Below are positions 1 to 13,500 of a stretch of 64,000 nucleotides of DNA, one piece after another. Origin of the DNA: Phoronis australis (Eukaryota; Animalia; Phoronida). The stretch lies in NCBI GenBank assembly GCA_002633005.1, contig NMRA01000553.1:62161-126160 (forward strand). The letters are read 5' to 3'. The position numbers and the translations under genes were made by a program. Every line of letters starts with the position of its first letter. Position 1 is the first letter of the stretch. Under the pieces are notes generated by a model. The model worked only from the letters and a program-made list of their open reading frames with translations, was not told the DNA's origin and did not search any database.

Positions 1-1228
1 TTCGGTGTTCAGTGCGGTATTATTGTTCGTTTTAAATCAGTTTTGGTTGGTACCTCGAATATCTAGTCTAGCTCATTTTTTGGGGTCTTTGTAAGGCCCC
101 CAGGGGTCACACCCAGAGTGCAGACAACGGCAGACGTCCATTTCTGTACATACTGAGGTGGACTTTAAATGCTCCCGTGGTCAGATGTTGGTACCTCGTT
201 CATCTATGCTAAGTGCTCTGGGCTGCCGGTCTACATGTATTGAGCGACTCTATTAGTAACTAACAGTATTGAAACGGCATCAAAGACAGTTTTAACAACA
301 AGACTTCGGAAAATATGCCAGGCATAAATTCTGTTTCATTTAATGTTTGTAAAAAGTTCATTTTCTAGATATCCACCCGTTGGCCTATTTTCAGAAATTT
401 CTGATTACACACCATAGCAAAATGGCGGCTACAAGGAGATTGCTTGGTGGAGTTGGATTATTCAAGTGTTCTATTGCATAAACGAAAGTTTCTTCGAATT
501 AGAACCCAATATGGCGAAGCAGTAAAATTTTTTAATGAAATTTTCAACAAGAGTAAACAAGAAGATAAATTTTACTTCATTTAATTTAGTACGGCTTTCA
601 TCAACAAACACATGATTAACTTTCGAACATTTTTGGTCATGCAATGAGCGTTTGAAAAATGCAAAAATGACAATTTTGGACATTATTTTTGTTTGAATTA
701 AAGGAAACTTTACAGCATTCATGACGGGAATGGATTTGCAAAGTAGTCTTAGGTGTATGGAATGCACCTCACAGCCGGCCATGTCAGATATTGGTCTTGA
801 CTCCATAATTCACTTGAATCTTTAAGAATCAAGCTCTAAGTGTCGAACTTGCTATGCACAAATAGATCTCTAAAAATTTGAGACACTAAAATTAAAGCCA
901 AGGTTGAATTTTCTGCATTCTGAAGACTGGGAGATGGACATTTTTGATATTCATCATATTTCTCAAATATTGGACACTGTATTTCGTATCAATAGTCTGA
1001 AATAAAAGAAATTATGAGAATATTCTCCATATATGGCTTTAACATTTTCTGTGCTGTCTACTGACCACTGACTGTTTTTGAGTGTTGTTTTTGATGTTGG
1101 ACGTATCTCGAACTGTTCGAGGAATTGTGTTCTTATTGAGGAGAGCAGTAGTCAGCTACCAGTGTCCCCTAGTCAAAAGTTCCTTGATGGATCTTCATGA
1201 ACTTCATTGGTTCTGTTACGGAACCAGC

Positions 1229-1283
1229 ATGGCGGAAGTTGATTTCGAGACAAAGTCTGACTGCCTGAGTGCCCCCTTAAGGG
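1229..1283 (+). CDS. Candidate upstream first coding exon of stomatin A (MAEVDFETKSDCLSAPLR), GC donor
   Basis: Strong start context ccagcATGG; 55 nt, phase 1, followed by G|GCAAGT. The peptide resembles paralog B exon 1 (MVKVSMET...SD). Confidence 0.4.
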
Positions 1284-2103
1284 GCAAGTTACCGATAGGT
1301 TTTCACTCCTTGTTCCTCAATTTTTACGAAGTTCATTGACAGATCATGACATAGATTGTGGCATATATCTTCCTATGACGGAACTGACACCACCTTCACA
1401 GTTTTAGATGGATTTGATCCTTTTCTACCCATATTGGTCATTTTTATTATTTTTGTGTTTTCGTAATGTGCTTTATACCTATCCAAAACGGCTTGAAGAA
1501 TCATGAAAGTTGGCAGTTGCTTTTCTTTTGACGAGAGCAACTGGTCGACATTAATTTTGATTTTGTACTTCTGTTGTACCCCGTTATAGCAGTTTTATTT
1601 TTTGCACCTACGTCGATATTTATCAAATACGGTAAAGTTTCCTTAAATTCAAACAAAAGACAATGGCCAAAATTGTCACTTTTTGATTTTTCAAAACATT
1701 GTATTGCCAAAAATGTTAAAAAATTTCACCGTGCTCCACTATATAAAATTTTTAAATAAGTGAAATTATCTTCTTGCGTACTCATGTTGAAGATTTTGAT
1801 CAAATAAACTTTCCTGTTTCACCATATCGTGTTCTAATTTAAAGAAACTTTCTCTATTTGTACTCTGCCAATTCCAAGATTGAAAAATACAGGGGCAAAA
1901 CTTGGTGTCTTTCATCTTCCACAGCATCTACCAGTAGATCAATATATCGTGATTCCTGTTTTGAATTAAACCTATACCCAAAATAATGTGTTAATAGGAT
2001 TTACTATGATTATTAAGTGTCTGTGAGTAGTCCACAATCAATTGGCTTTTTGCCTTTGGTTGTCGGCAATCGACTTTCATTGCAACTTTTATTCAGTTGA
2101 GGT

Positions 2104-2255
2104 CAGTGTTAGAGCTTCAGCTATAAAATGTGCTGGCCCGCGGGGCCAGTTACTTGAATATGAGACCATGTCCACATAGTGCCTATATGTGAAAGTCTAC
2201 TGGCCCGGCCACAAATTCACTGGCCCCGGGTCACCACGGTGCATTTCCAACGCTG
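2104..2255. mobile_element. hAT-like MITE, 8-bp TSD
   Basis: TIR CAGTGTTAGA / CAGCGTTGGA (reverse complement); flanks gttgaggt / attgaggt. Confidence 0.7.
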
Positions 2256-2963
2256 ATTGAGGTGCATTCCTAGGTCGTTCTGCCATGATTTAGAACGTTG
2301 GAAGACTGGCAGTCCTGTTTTTGGGTCCGGCTGTCATGTTATTTCTCACCCCTAAAATCTATTTACGGAGCTGTTACCACAAAATGCAATTTTTTTCAGA
2401 AATGTGAACTCCAAAGTCACCATAGCTTGACCTTCATGACCCAAATTTTAGATACTGCTCCATACTTGAGAGATTTTGTTGTGATTTAAAGCATTCTTTT
2501 ATAGTTATAAACAGATGTCCTGGATTGAATAAAAATTGCTCGGAAATGGGACCTGTCACAGCTCCCCCCTCTGTTAATGGGTCGTGCCTGTATTGTTTTG
2601 TTGTCACATCTAAATGTGTCAAACAGTGTTTACCTAAGGTCAAAGTTCAAGCCTTAACATAAAGTTGGTCATGTGCTTGTGAAAGGGTATACCACTGCCT
2701 GTGTTGCGAAACCACCTTGTGATGTTTTGACATAACTTTGTATGCAACCCCAAGGAAAGTTTGGCCAATCCAAAGTTAGTGCTTTGTCAGGTTACCATTC
2801 AGTCAACTAATGTCAGTAAGCCGGGAAAGAATCATCCCTATGGAAGTGTCGTCAAAACGCAGTTCAATGCATGATGACAGAGGTAGGCAAATCGTGACGT
2901 ATGAACTACGCCTTGTGTTAACATTTGTTCAAAAACATTATATTGGCCGTGCTAAATAGGTCA

Positions 2964-3107
2964 AGGTCAAAGCTGAGTAAACGAGTCCCTCTTCAAAATG
3001 GCTACCGGCAACCAGTTTCACTAGAGTAATGGATATTGCCATTACTCAGTGAAAACTGATTCCCGGCAGCCATTTTATAGAGGGACCCATTTACTCCACT
3101 TTTACCT
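2964..3107. repeat. ~140-bp imperfect palindrome (hairpin MITE-like)
   Basis: gagtaaacgagtccctcttcaaaatggctaccggcaaccagtttcactagagtaatgg pairs with ccattactcagtgaaaactgattcccggcagccattttatagagggacccatttactc around a 6-nt loop. Confidence 0.85.
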
Positions 3108-4526
3108 AGCTCATCAACCACCTTCATTTTACGGTCTCATTCTATGTTCGGTTAAATTGCCACATGGTCAGGACATCTAGTTCAGTCCTGGTAAAGCGTT
3201 ATAATCTTAAATGTTCCAGGGATGATTTCAAGAGCACCCCCCACGACATTAACATTTATAAATTTCCACTGATGATGTATTTGGACCAAAAAATAGTCCA
3301 GGTGGTCTGATACACGTTGAATCAGATGTGCTGCGTCGGCCACTCAGCCCATCGGAAGCCGCTTAATCTTCTTTATATTGTCATATACATACTATAACAC
3401 ATGTACCATACATAAATTAAGAACAGTCTGAGGACCTAATGACCCCTCTCAACACTACAGCGATTGAGGTGGTGAGGAGACATTCGTAGTTGTCTAACTG
3501 TTCTGAAGATGATCCCTTTCCAGTAGAGCTTGTCTTGCTTCTTAATTCTGTCAGCGTTTTTTGGTAAGTCGTTATCTTGTGAAACTGCAAGCATTCTCCC
3601 GAATCATGTGAACCTAGCAGAAGATTCAAAGTCACCTGCCATATGTTGTATCAGTGCTCGATTTGAGAACTTACATGCCACGAAGTTACTGCGACTGCGA
3701 GTATCAAAGTTTGATAATAATTCCCCAAAATCCATTTCAAAGTTAGTGTCGACTTCCAAGCTTCAAATATACTAACAGTTTTCCAAGATTGTATACTTAT
3801 GGTTCACAATTGTTCCCAATAGTTTCAATTTTTGGTGTGAAAGTTTCTTTAGATGAAGCGAGCGGGAGGGTATGTCTTCCGAACTACAAGGTGCATCACA
3901 TGAGCTGAAGTAGGTATCACAGGTTTATCACCACTCAGTGCCCTCTGTGGGTCTTCTCTTTCTTTTTTTGCTAAGGTGCTAAGTGAACAGTTGATGAAAA
4001 TTCTACAATACAAGCTAGGGGCAAATTCCCACAACTTAACCAATTTTGCCGAGTAGACTTTGAAGCGGGAAGTATATACAAAAGTGCTGGAAGTCATTTG
4101 TTTTTAAGTTTGTTTTGAAGCTGAATAAAAGTTTTGTCAAATTTTTCTTGAAGCTTGAAACAATTTGAGAAATATGATCTTGCTAGCATCGTGCAAAATT
4201 ATGATTTGCATTGTCAATTTATTCAACCCTACAAAGGCAACAAATATGCTGTGAAATTTTTGTTATTCTTGTAAAAAATCTGAAAAAATGCATCAATATC
4301 AAACTCAATTGATGTCACATTGGTCTTGCGACTTCAGAGTCCAGACCCTCACACAGTGAATACAGTCATATACCTGTATATTTGCAATCCTGCCACTGCC
4401 AGTGTACATTAATTGCCTGGATTCATCTTAACTGCACAGTGCGGATCTAATTTCTTGACATTTTCATTTATTGATCGTGCAGCTGAACATAGCAGTTCAT
4501 GCTTGGGATTTGTTTGCTTGCGAGAA

Positions 4527-4599
4527 ATGTCGTCTCACGGTTCAAATGGAAAGTCAGGCGAGAGTCAGATGGTGCTGGACACAGACTCTGACTCTGGTG
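4527..4599 (+). CDS. STOM: Stomatin A exon 1 ([24 protein letters not shown]); may extend upstream to the acceptor as 4483-4599
   Basis: gagaaATG start; donor G|GTGAGT at 4600; phase 1 matches exon 2. An upstream pyrimidine tract + CAG ends at 4482. Confidence 0.72.
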
Positions 4600-7500
4600 G
4601 TGAGTGTGGCTGGTAGTTGCTAGGCCCAGGCAGTAAGCAACAATTATGAAAACTCTTCTGGTGAATAGTCAAGGTCGATGTTTATGCCAAAAGCATAAAT
4701 GGTTCACAATTGTGGGTTGAAATTTGATTAATGCTCCGCGCAGAATTTGGGTTTTTATCTGATTAATGAATTATGTATAAGATCGCCGTCAGAACATTTA
4801 ATCTCATAAGCATGTTTCTGCATCTGACTTTGTTGGAACCTGAATCAAAACCAAGAAATAGTGATAGTTTTATGTGTTTAAAATTTACAACTTAATTTGT
4901 CCATTAAATAAGTCATTTCTGAGCTTCTTGTTTGCCTTATACACTTTGTGGCCATCAGTACTAGTTTTAAAAAGCGACTCACATTTGTCATAAATGACCT
5001 ACATATGTCGCAATTGGCAGTGAGAGTTATGGAAATTAACTAACATTCTGTGTTATCGATCGAGGTGTGATAAATACTTTCGTAAAGAAGATGGAATTTT
5101 CTTCAAAGCCAATGCAATTTTCCGTTCATGGTGTTTAAAAGTGTCTTAATTGCTCAAATGAACTTATTGGCACTAAAAGATTTGTTAGTGACTTATGGTT
5201 GCTGACTTGCTTGTAGCTGTTCGTATAAATCCTACTAATGATTAAGTCTTGTTTTTCTCAGCATTTGTTTCTATTGCGAAATGTCATGAAGTAATTCAAT
5301 TCTAGATGTTCACTGTCTTGTGTGCTAAATTGAAGAGCGTCTGCACCCTTATTACCATCATTACAATAACATTTTTTGTACCTTATGCTCTAGGCAATTA
5401 CGTCACCCTGGATGCTGCAGGCATACAGGGGTAATAGTACACCCCATAAAAAGTTACGCATTTCAAAATACAGCAAATGAAATCGAATGAAACATGTATA
5501 AATGCACATGGAGTTATAATTAACACATACCATTACTTTGAATACAATTCCGTCAACATAACTTGAACATATCCATGAATCTGTCACAGTTCGCTTGAGT
5601 TTCTTCCGCCAGGTGCCAGTTTGAGGAAGTTACGAGAAATCACGCCTGTTAACGAACAAAAAGTCCAAGGGACATAAAACTCACTAATTCCACCTGATAT
5701 CTTTCCATGCTATTTTGCAAGTGTCACGCGCCAGGTCACGTGCTTTGCTCAGTCTTGTGGTAGCCTTAGCCTAACTCACGTGACACAGTTGAAATATTTT
5801 GTGGTTATTGTGCGCACGGTGAAAAAGTTAATGGTGACCAAAAAGTGGAGTTGGAATTTTTCTCCAAAGTCACCTTAATTCTAGCAGATATGCTTCATCA
5901 AAGATATGACTGTGTAGAAGCAGAAAAGATCATTTTTTTTTAAGTGATAGTTTTGAGTGTGGAATGTATTTTTGATGAGGTGAAAACTCCAAATTGGTGG
6001 CCGGATTTGGCCTACCGCCCGTTTAAATTACTCGGGACGAAATACGTACACAAAGCGATGGGATTAAGTATTGTAGCCCCTAAATGGCCAACCGAGGGTC
6101 TACGTGTTGCCTACTTTAATTTGCTCTTGCACATGTACCTGATAAAATGGTGGTAATTTGCACTCCCTGAGAGATGAATAGATTGTGAGACTTTAAGTGA
6201 AGTATAAAAACAAGCACTAGAAAATTACACTTCATTTGTGTAGATTGTGTGGCTGCAACCAAACCTGTCTGGTGAAATAAGAGCGAAAAGACAATAATGA
6301 TCAATTTCAATTGAAGAGCTTTTTATTTTACTATCATCCATCATCACTTGATTGGTCATCCTTCAACTTGTACAATATGCCTTTGACGCACATCTCATGT
6401 TGTAAGTGACAGTTGTGAAGCTTGAGGAATAATATTCCGCTCACTGCCGCTCTTCATATCCTCATCTCTTGTGAGTTTGGCGTTTACAGTTTTTCATCCG
6501 CTGCTTGCACGATAGGCACTTCATTTGCAGCTGGTGTTTTATGTACACCAGGGGGTGCTCACAGTAAAGTGCAGCGTGCTGCTTGCTCATAGTTTTGGAC
6601 ATCCTCAAAAATGCACTACATACCAGCTATGTTTGTTATGTAGGCCTCGAGCTGTACGTATGCAGTGCAGTTGGACCCGAACGCATATATTCTGCTGATT
6701 GTTTTCCATTTTCAAAAACAGAAAATCCGTTTTAGAAAACAAATTAAGTTCCATTTTTTCCAGTTTGTAAGTTAGAAAATTCCATTTTCTTACTTCAAAG
6801 TGATAAATAGTGATATTGGAACCGTCTCATTTACTACTTTATTATGTCACAGTTGTTCTTAAGCCATGACTTGAAACTCACCATATTGATTGTTTCTCAG
6901 AATCGGAAAAGAACAGCACCTCCTTCAGGAGGAATGAACAACTGCTTGAACATGTTTTCTTCGAAACAACCGTCAATCGATCAATAGCCATGAAAGAAGT
7001 TGGATTCCGAGAGTTACACACATTTTTCGTTAGCGTGGAAAACCAGGTCCTTGCTTTTATGTGGGATAGCAAGTTCATTAAAGTGGTTAAATAATCTGAT
7101 CTGCTGGTAAGAGCTGTGAGCTGCATTCATTGGATGAATACCCAGCATACTTATATCGTAAATACAACGCATGTTGAGCGTACCCGTAACCAATGCCGGC
7201 ATATTGCAGATCAACAAATGAGGTCGCCATGCATCCACTGCATACTCGGTATGCACACTGCATACTCGGTATTCACACTGCATACTCAGTATGCGCACTG
7301 CATACCTTGCCTTGCTATTTGCTGCATACTGAAATCATTTGCATGGTTCAGTATATGTACCATCAACAGATGTAAGCTGAAATAATCAAAACAGTTGAGA
7401 TCTTTAGTGTATGATTGGGTATTGAGAAATGTTTGAGAGGAACTCATTGATACACCCAAAAGTGAGATATAGCCCTAAACAAGTATGTGCGGACTAAGTC

Positions 7501-10500
7501 AGCGATAGTGGATCGTGGTGCTCCGACTTTTCTGTCATTAGTTTGCCCTTGCATTCACAATCAATATTACCCGGTAATCCCATAGGTCAGCATGTGCACC
7601 AACCTCATCAAAACAGGCATGATCATTCCATTCATTCTGATTGTTCCGTGTGTGGTTCGTTGATATATTTGACATTTTTGACTACTTTCATAAATTCTCT
7701 AAACTTGAAACCCCGAGCGATCTCTTATGCAGGATCTGATCTGAAGTTTGTCGATGACAAATTGAATATTACGGACTATATATAGAGATCTTGGTCTTGC
7801 ATTTCCAACAACAGATAAACCCATTTTAACAAACAGTAGATTCTCTTCTAATTTCAGTTTTCTTTGTGGCAAGAAGACTTGATTTTAGTGCTCTAGTGTT
7901 GCTCACTATAGCAGGGGTCTTTTTAGAAAAACGTGGGCTTGGGTGAATTGACCTACTTGGCCTCAATTTGTAGGAGCTATGGGCCATGTTAGTTTCTTTA
8001 TCCTTTTTCACTTCCAATTTCAATGGACCCGTTGGCCTGAATTAACAGCTATCACAGTATGCATGTGAAATCATTTCTTCGCCAGTGACACTGGGCCTGC
8101 TCCCGAGAATTATCCCTGCTACTGTACAGACCTTTGAATAAATTATCGCCGTTTAATCTTCGTCATAAGCCATGTGCGTGGTGGTCGCATGTCACTACCC
8201 TTCATCATTCTTACTTTGTGATTGGTGTAATGATGACCAATTAGGATTGAGAAATCATAGTCAGCCACGTAATCAGCAGAGGAAGATGGATGATTTGTTA
8301 TGGTCTACACAAAAACATGTTGCTCTGTGTCAATCTTCTGTAGTTGAACTTGTTTTGGTTTGTGACAACATGACCCATCAGGCAACGGATAACAACAGTG
8401 AGATTTTCTTAAAATTTCCTTTAGCATGTGTCGCAGTGTAGTACATTGTAGATAGAGAAGTAATCGTGTGGGAACAAGGTTTTGTAAAAACTTTTTGTTG
8501 TTTACAACATGTTGTTTACAACATGCAACGTGTATTATAATAATTGGTAAAATTATTCTTTTTAGCAACGGACATGAACATACGTGGCTTTGGTTTGTGG
8601 TAGAATTACATGTCACTAATAATTGTGTCCAAACGTGTTTGCAGGGAAAATTTCAATTTTATATACCAATCGAATTGTGCTTTTAGGAACTTAAGTTTTT
8701 GTTACTGACAACGTTATGGACTGTTTACTATAGGTACGTAATTTTAAAATTGTATTTATTTGCATGTGCGTACGTGAGTGCATGCGTTTATTTAAAGTGG
8801 CCATAAAACCCAGTACTCTACGATATAAAATTTTGTCTTATAACAAACTGTTGATTCTTCCGAAGTTGGGTAACAAAGAACAAATTAAGGTTATCTCGGA
8901 CCTCATTGATTAGTCAAGTCGGCATATCTAGTCAAATAAAAACCAAACTGTAGAATTTGAGTGTGGACTGACATCTATTGTGCCATGTGCCGGGATTGTC
9001 CCTATGCAGTACTAAACAATATCTGTTTCATCTTTCCAGCTCCATCATCTTCAGGCATAGGATGCTGTGGCTACTTCCTCATGTTCCTGTCAGCAATCCT
9101 CATTTTCTTCACGCTGCCATTTTCCCTGTGTGCCTGCATTAAGGTAGGTTCAATATGATCACTGTCAATGACTGTTAGCGATTGTGGTCATGGGTGTGTA
9201 AAATGTACTCTTAAGGTCCAGAGCGTTGACGTTTGCTGTCAACACTGCCCTGCCAACTGTTGTGGATTTATGCATATTCTACGTATCTTTAGGGCTTTTA
9301 GGGCTTAAAATATCACTGGGAACGCAAATTTCCCTTAGAAAGATCAAAATCAACTGATAAAATGAAATATCTTTAATTTTATCGGAGTTTTGAAGCATCA
9401 GATCGAGGAAAATAGGTTAGAGGACACACAATGCATAATGGCGGAATTAGTCGAGAGAACAAGATGCATCCAATAATTTGCATATGAGAGTTCTCTTTCA
9501 TGATTGGTCAGTTATGATTTGTTTGTAAATGACTGGCCAATGACAAACACGCTTACTTGGGTCTGCACTGTGTAATGTCACCTGCTTGGAAATCAAGCTG
9601 GGATCGGAATTATGGAGACAAATATTACAGGGAATGAGAAAACAGGACAATAGAAGTCACCACATTTCATGAAGTTGATTTGAGACTCCGATTGCATAGA
9701 CCTGGAACTAAACCGCAATATCGAGGTTTGCTTGGTATGGTCTGGTGGTAAAAAAATCAGGTGTGCTGACAACAAAAACCTAAAAACATTGATGTGATGA
9801 GTTGAGTTTTTACGTAATTTTGCTGTTTAAGTTAAAAATGGGATATGAAACTGGAATCGATGGAAATTTACTTAAACTTTCTGAAAATCTTGGAAATCAA
9901 AGCTGCCACAAACAAAACATGTTAACATGAAGGTCACAGAAAATGTGCTCAATGATGCTCTTGATGTTGTAAAACAGAGAGGTTAAAGAATGTAGTTGAG
10001 TGCTTTATATATACCTTTGATCACTGAAGCAATTACTCCTGCTTAAGTATCACCGTTATTTTTATGGTCGTATCCTCCTTACTTTTTGATCACAGATGAC
10101 CAGCCTTGGTCGATAGTAAAAATACGAGATTGACAACTTGTGGTGTCACTCACCTGACTAAAGTAATGGGAAGCTAATTTTCTTTTGGTCCTTTTGTGTT
10201 GACATTACAGGGAAGATATCTATCAAAGTCATGAAGTGTAGATTATATTTTGCAATACGTTATGCTTTGCAGTAAGAAAAATAAGTAAACTTAATTGACA
10301 GTAATATTGGTCCATATGAAGCTCACATTGTAGTTATTATTTACGATGCATCAGTCAATAGTCTCTTGAATTGACATGGCTTGGAATTTTCCTTTTTTAA
10401 GAGAATTTCCTCTTTTTTAGTTTTGCTCTCCTCTGATTTGATTTCGAGTTTCCTCTTTTTTATCATTATTTTAACTTTATTTGTGCAAAAATGTTCATTT

Positions 10501-13500
10501 CAATTAAATTTTACAACACAAAAAGATGTTTCTATCTTACAAGCCTATTCATTTATGTAATGATACATCACCTGGAAACTTTTGCTCTATTTTGTATATG
10601 ATCATTCCAAGCTCTGAATTTAGGGCACAATATTGCCAACAAGTCATCACCAAATTAACTGCTATTCCATGTTCACATTTTATACCATGGCTAACATCAG
10701 ACAAAAATAAAAAAGGTACTTTTGGCGATTATTTTTGTTTAAAATTGCCGAGATTTTACTGTATTTGTCTGGTAGGAGACAATTCCTCAAGGACTATCCA
10801 TTGAATAGTGACCACTAGGGACTATACAATATGCTGGAACGTGTCATTCTATCAAACCTTTAGTACCCAAGTAGTAAGGTCTTAAGTCTCTCCGCCTGAA
10901 CATCTGTATGTCACGCAATGTCCTTGGCTCGATACCTGTTGTGTTAGTGGGGCAACTTCGTGCGCCGGTCAATTTTGGTGACCTTGACAGCATTTTCAAG
11001 GTCACAAACATAGAATTCACAAAATGTTTAATGTGAACGTGAGCAAATTCTGTATGTTAGTTGATCGATGGTAGAAGCTTCAAGTTTTATATCAGAAATA
11101 GAATCCCGTGTCCACAAAAACGTCATTCAAGATAATGAAGCTAATTTCGAATGCATGTTTCACTCGTGGCTGGTAATTAGGGGTAGGCGTTAGATGTCAT
11201 AACTTGTAGGTAATTAGTGTGAGAAGAGTCATCAATGGCACTTCTTTGCCTATTTTAGTACAAAATATGGCGGATGAGTGGAATTTCATTTTGTCAAATC
11301 TCTCAACAAAAATAAAGATGAAGAAAATTTTAGTCAGTTGTTCCTTACCAGTATTTGTACCTGTCGTGACGACGCTATGATTAACAACTTTTGTTTACAT
11401 TTCTACTATTTGAAGCTTGGTAATTGACCTTTGAAAATTGAGAAAATGACAATTTTGTTTATTCTTTTTGTGGGAAACAACTGAAGAATTGCTGTACTAC
11501 GACTAAGTACATAATGCTTTAGTTTCTAAACATGTGTCTGTGGAGAGTAGCAAGTTTTTAGCTGTGACATAAGGAGGCAAGTTATTCTGATACTGCTTCA
11601 TTCCCTTGGAAGTGGCTCTATGTCAAAAAATGAACTTTTGATGAAGATCACTTGCTCTTACAAAGCTGGTCTATATTTTTCTCCTCCCTCCGATGACATG
11701 TCACCGCTGGGCATGAGAAGAACGAACCTTTCATTATTGCTCAAGATCTTGCTCAAAGCATAAGATGTCCAACGCGACTAGCTAGCTTGCCATGCATAGC
11801 CTTGACCAATAACAAGGTGTCGATTTCGGCTCTTTACAGCTCAGAAATCACCGTTTTGGTATAAACTATCACGCAAAAATGGCGAACTGGTGAAATGTCA
11901 TTTTCTCACCTTTCATGCGTAGTACTAGTACAATGCTTTAACGTATCCAAGTTCTGCAAGGTACCTAGCAAAAGGTCATATTTCTTAAAATTGTAGGAAT
12001 TCACAACAAAGAAGAAAGCTCTTGAAAAGTGAATAAAGTACAATACTGGCAATAATTTTTGTCCAAAATTGGCGCTACTTTACTGGTGCTTGAGGAACAG
12101 GTTGTGGCCAGTCTCGGAACTGTTGGTTCTAAGTCAAAGATTCTGTCATGGATGAATGGTTGTTAGTAAGTTTTGAAGTGTTTCCAACATTGCTGACCCA
12201 AATACTTTTGCCAATGCTTGGCTTGAACACATTTGTCTAATGTTTTCTTTGCCTGTTTCCCTAGTAACTTAAGAATGTGCCATTAGCAGTTTAACAAGAG
12301 TGCAGTGAAAATCTAGGAGGCTGTGTTTAATGAAGAGACTAAGATATGAATCATGAATTTTGCCTTGATCTCCGGCTTCACTATTGAAGTTTTTGCAAAT
12401 TCTTTTAGACCATATAAAAGTTTAGTGTTGACTTGTTAATTTTTTTCTATTCTGGGTTATGGAGAGGGTTTTCCACTGTGCAACAGTACGTGCAAATTCT
12501 CATGAATTTCGGACAAAAGTCAATAAACAAAATTTAATTTTTCAAGGCATTGTTGTGGGCGTTGACAATGCTTCGTTTGAAAATACTGTTCATTGGTAGT
12601 TAGAGTACAGAACTTGAACATAGTAGTGTTGATTTGATGGTGTATTTCATGAAAAATGATGAAATAAATTTTCTGTTCTCAGTTATATTATGTATGAGCG
12701 TTAATTGGCAAGTTTTGACATGGAAAAATGTTGGTGTGATATCTCAAGATTAGGGTACTTTGGATTATGCTCATATTTTCTACAAGTGTACGTGAGACAG
12801 CTCTAGGCACCAGTGCAGTTTTGGTGACCTTTATTGATTTTCAAGGTCACATTGAGAAAATCTAGTTTCCAAAAATGTTGTTAGTACAGTATCCCAAGAC
12901 ATAACGCGTTATGGTCATGATAGACCGAACTGAACAACCTCTCCTCATTTTCGGGTCTGTGGAAATTCCTGAGAAAACCACGAACATTTGTATGTCGGGG
13001 TAACATGACATTTCACGCCTCTACACTTTACCTGATGGATTTCACACCTATACACACTACCTGCTGACATTAAGTTCCATTGCCAGACCAGGCATAATTA
13101 CCATGTTTATTGCTCCTGCAGTCAGAATGGGTGATAAACAATTGAAATCGCTGATAAAAGCCTGTCAAGCTTATAGTCCCTATAATCTCTGAGATTCTAT
13201 CATGAACATTTCAAGTTATGAGCTAGGAATCTTTAGGTTTTATGCGTATTTTGAGACGTGGTGTACCTGAGGCATCGAGCTCTAGATGACAGCTGGTTTT
13301 GGTTACCTTGACGATTCATTTCTAAGTCTAAGCTAAGCTTGAAAGTTCCTCTTGGAAAATGCTGTTGATGCGATATCTCAAGNTAATAGACAAAATTTAA
13401 TTTTTCAAGGCATTGTTGTGGGTGTTGACAATGCTTCATTTTAAATACTGTTCATTGGTAGTTAGAGTACAGAACTTGAACATAGTAGTGTTGATTTGAT

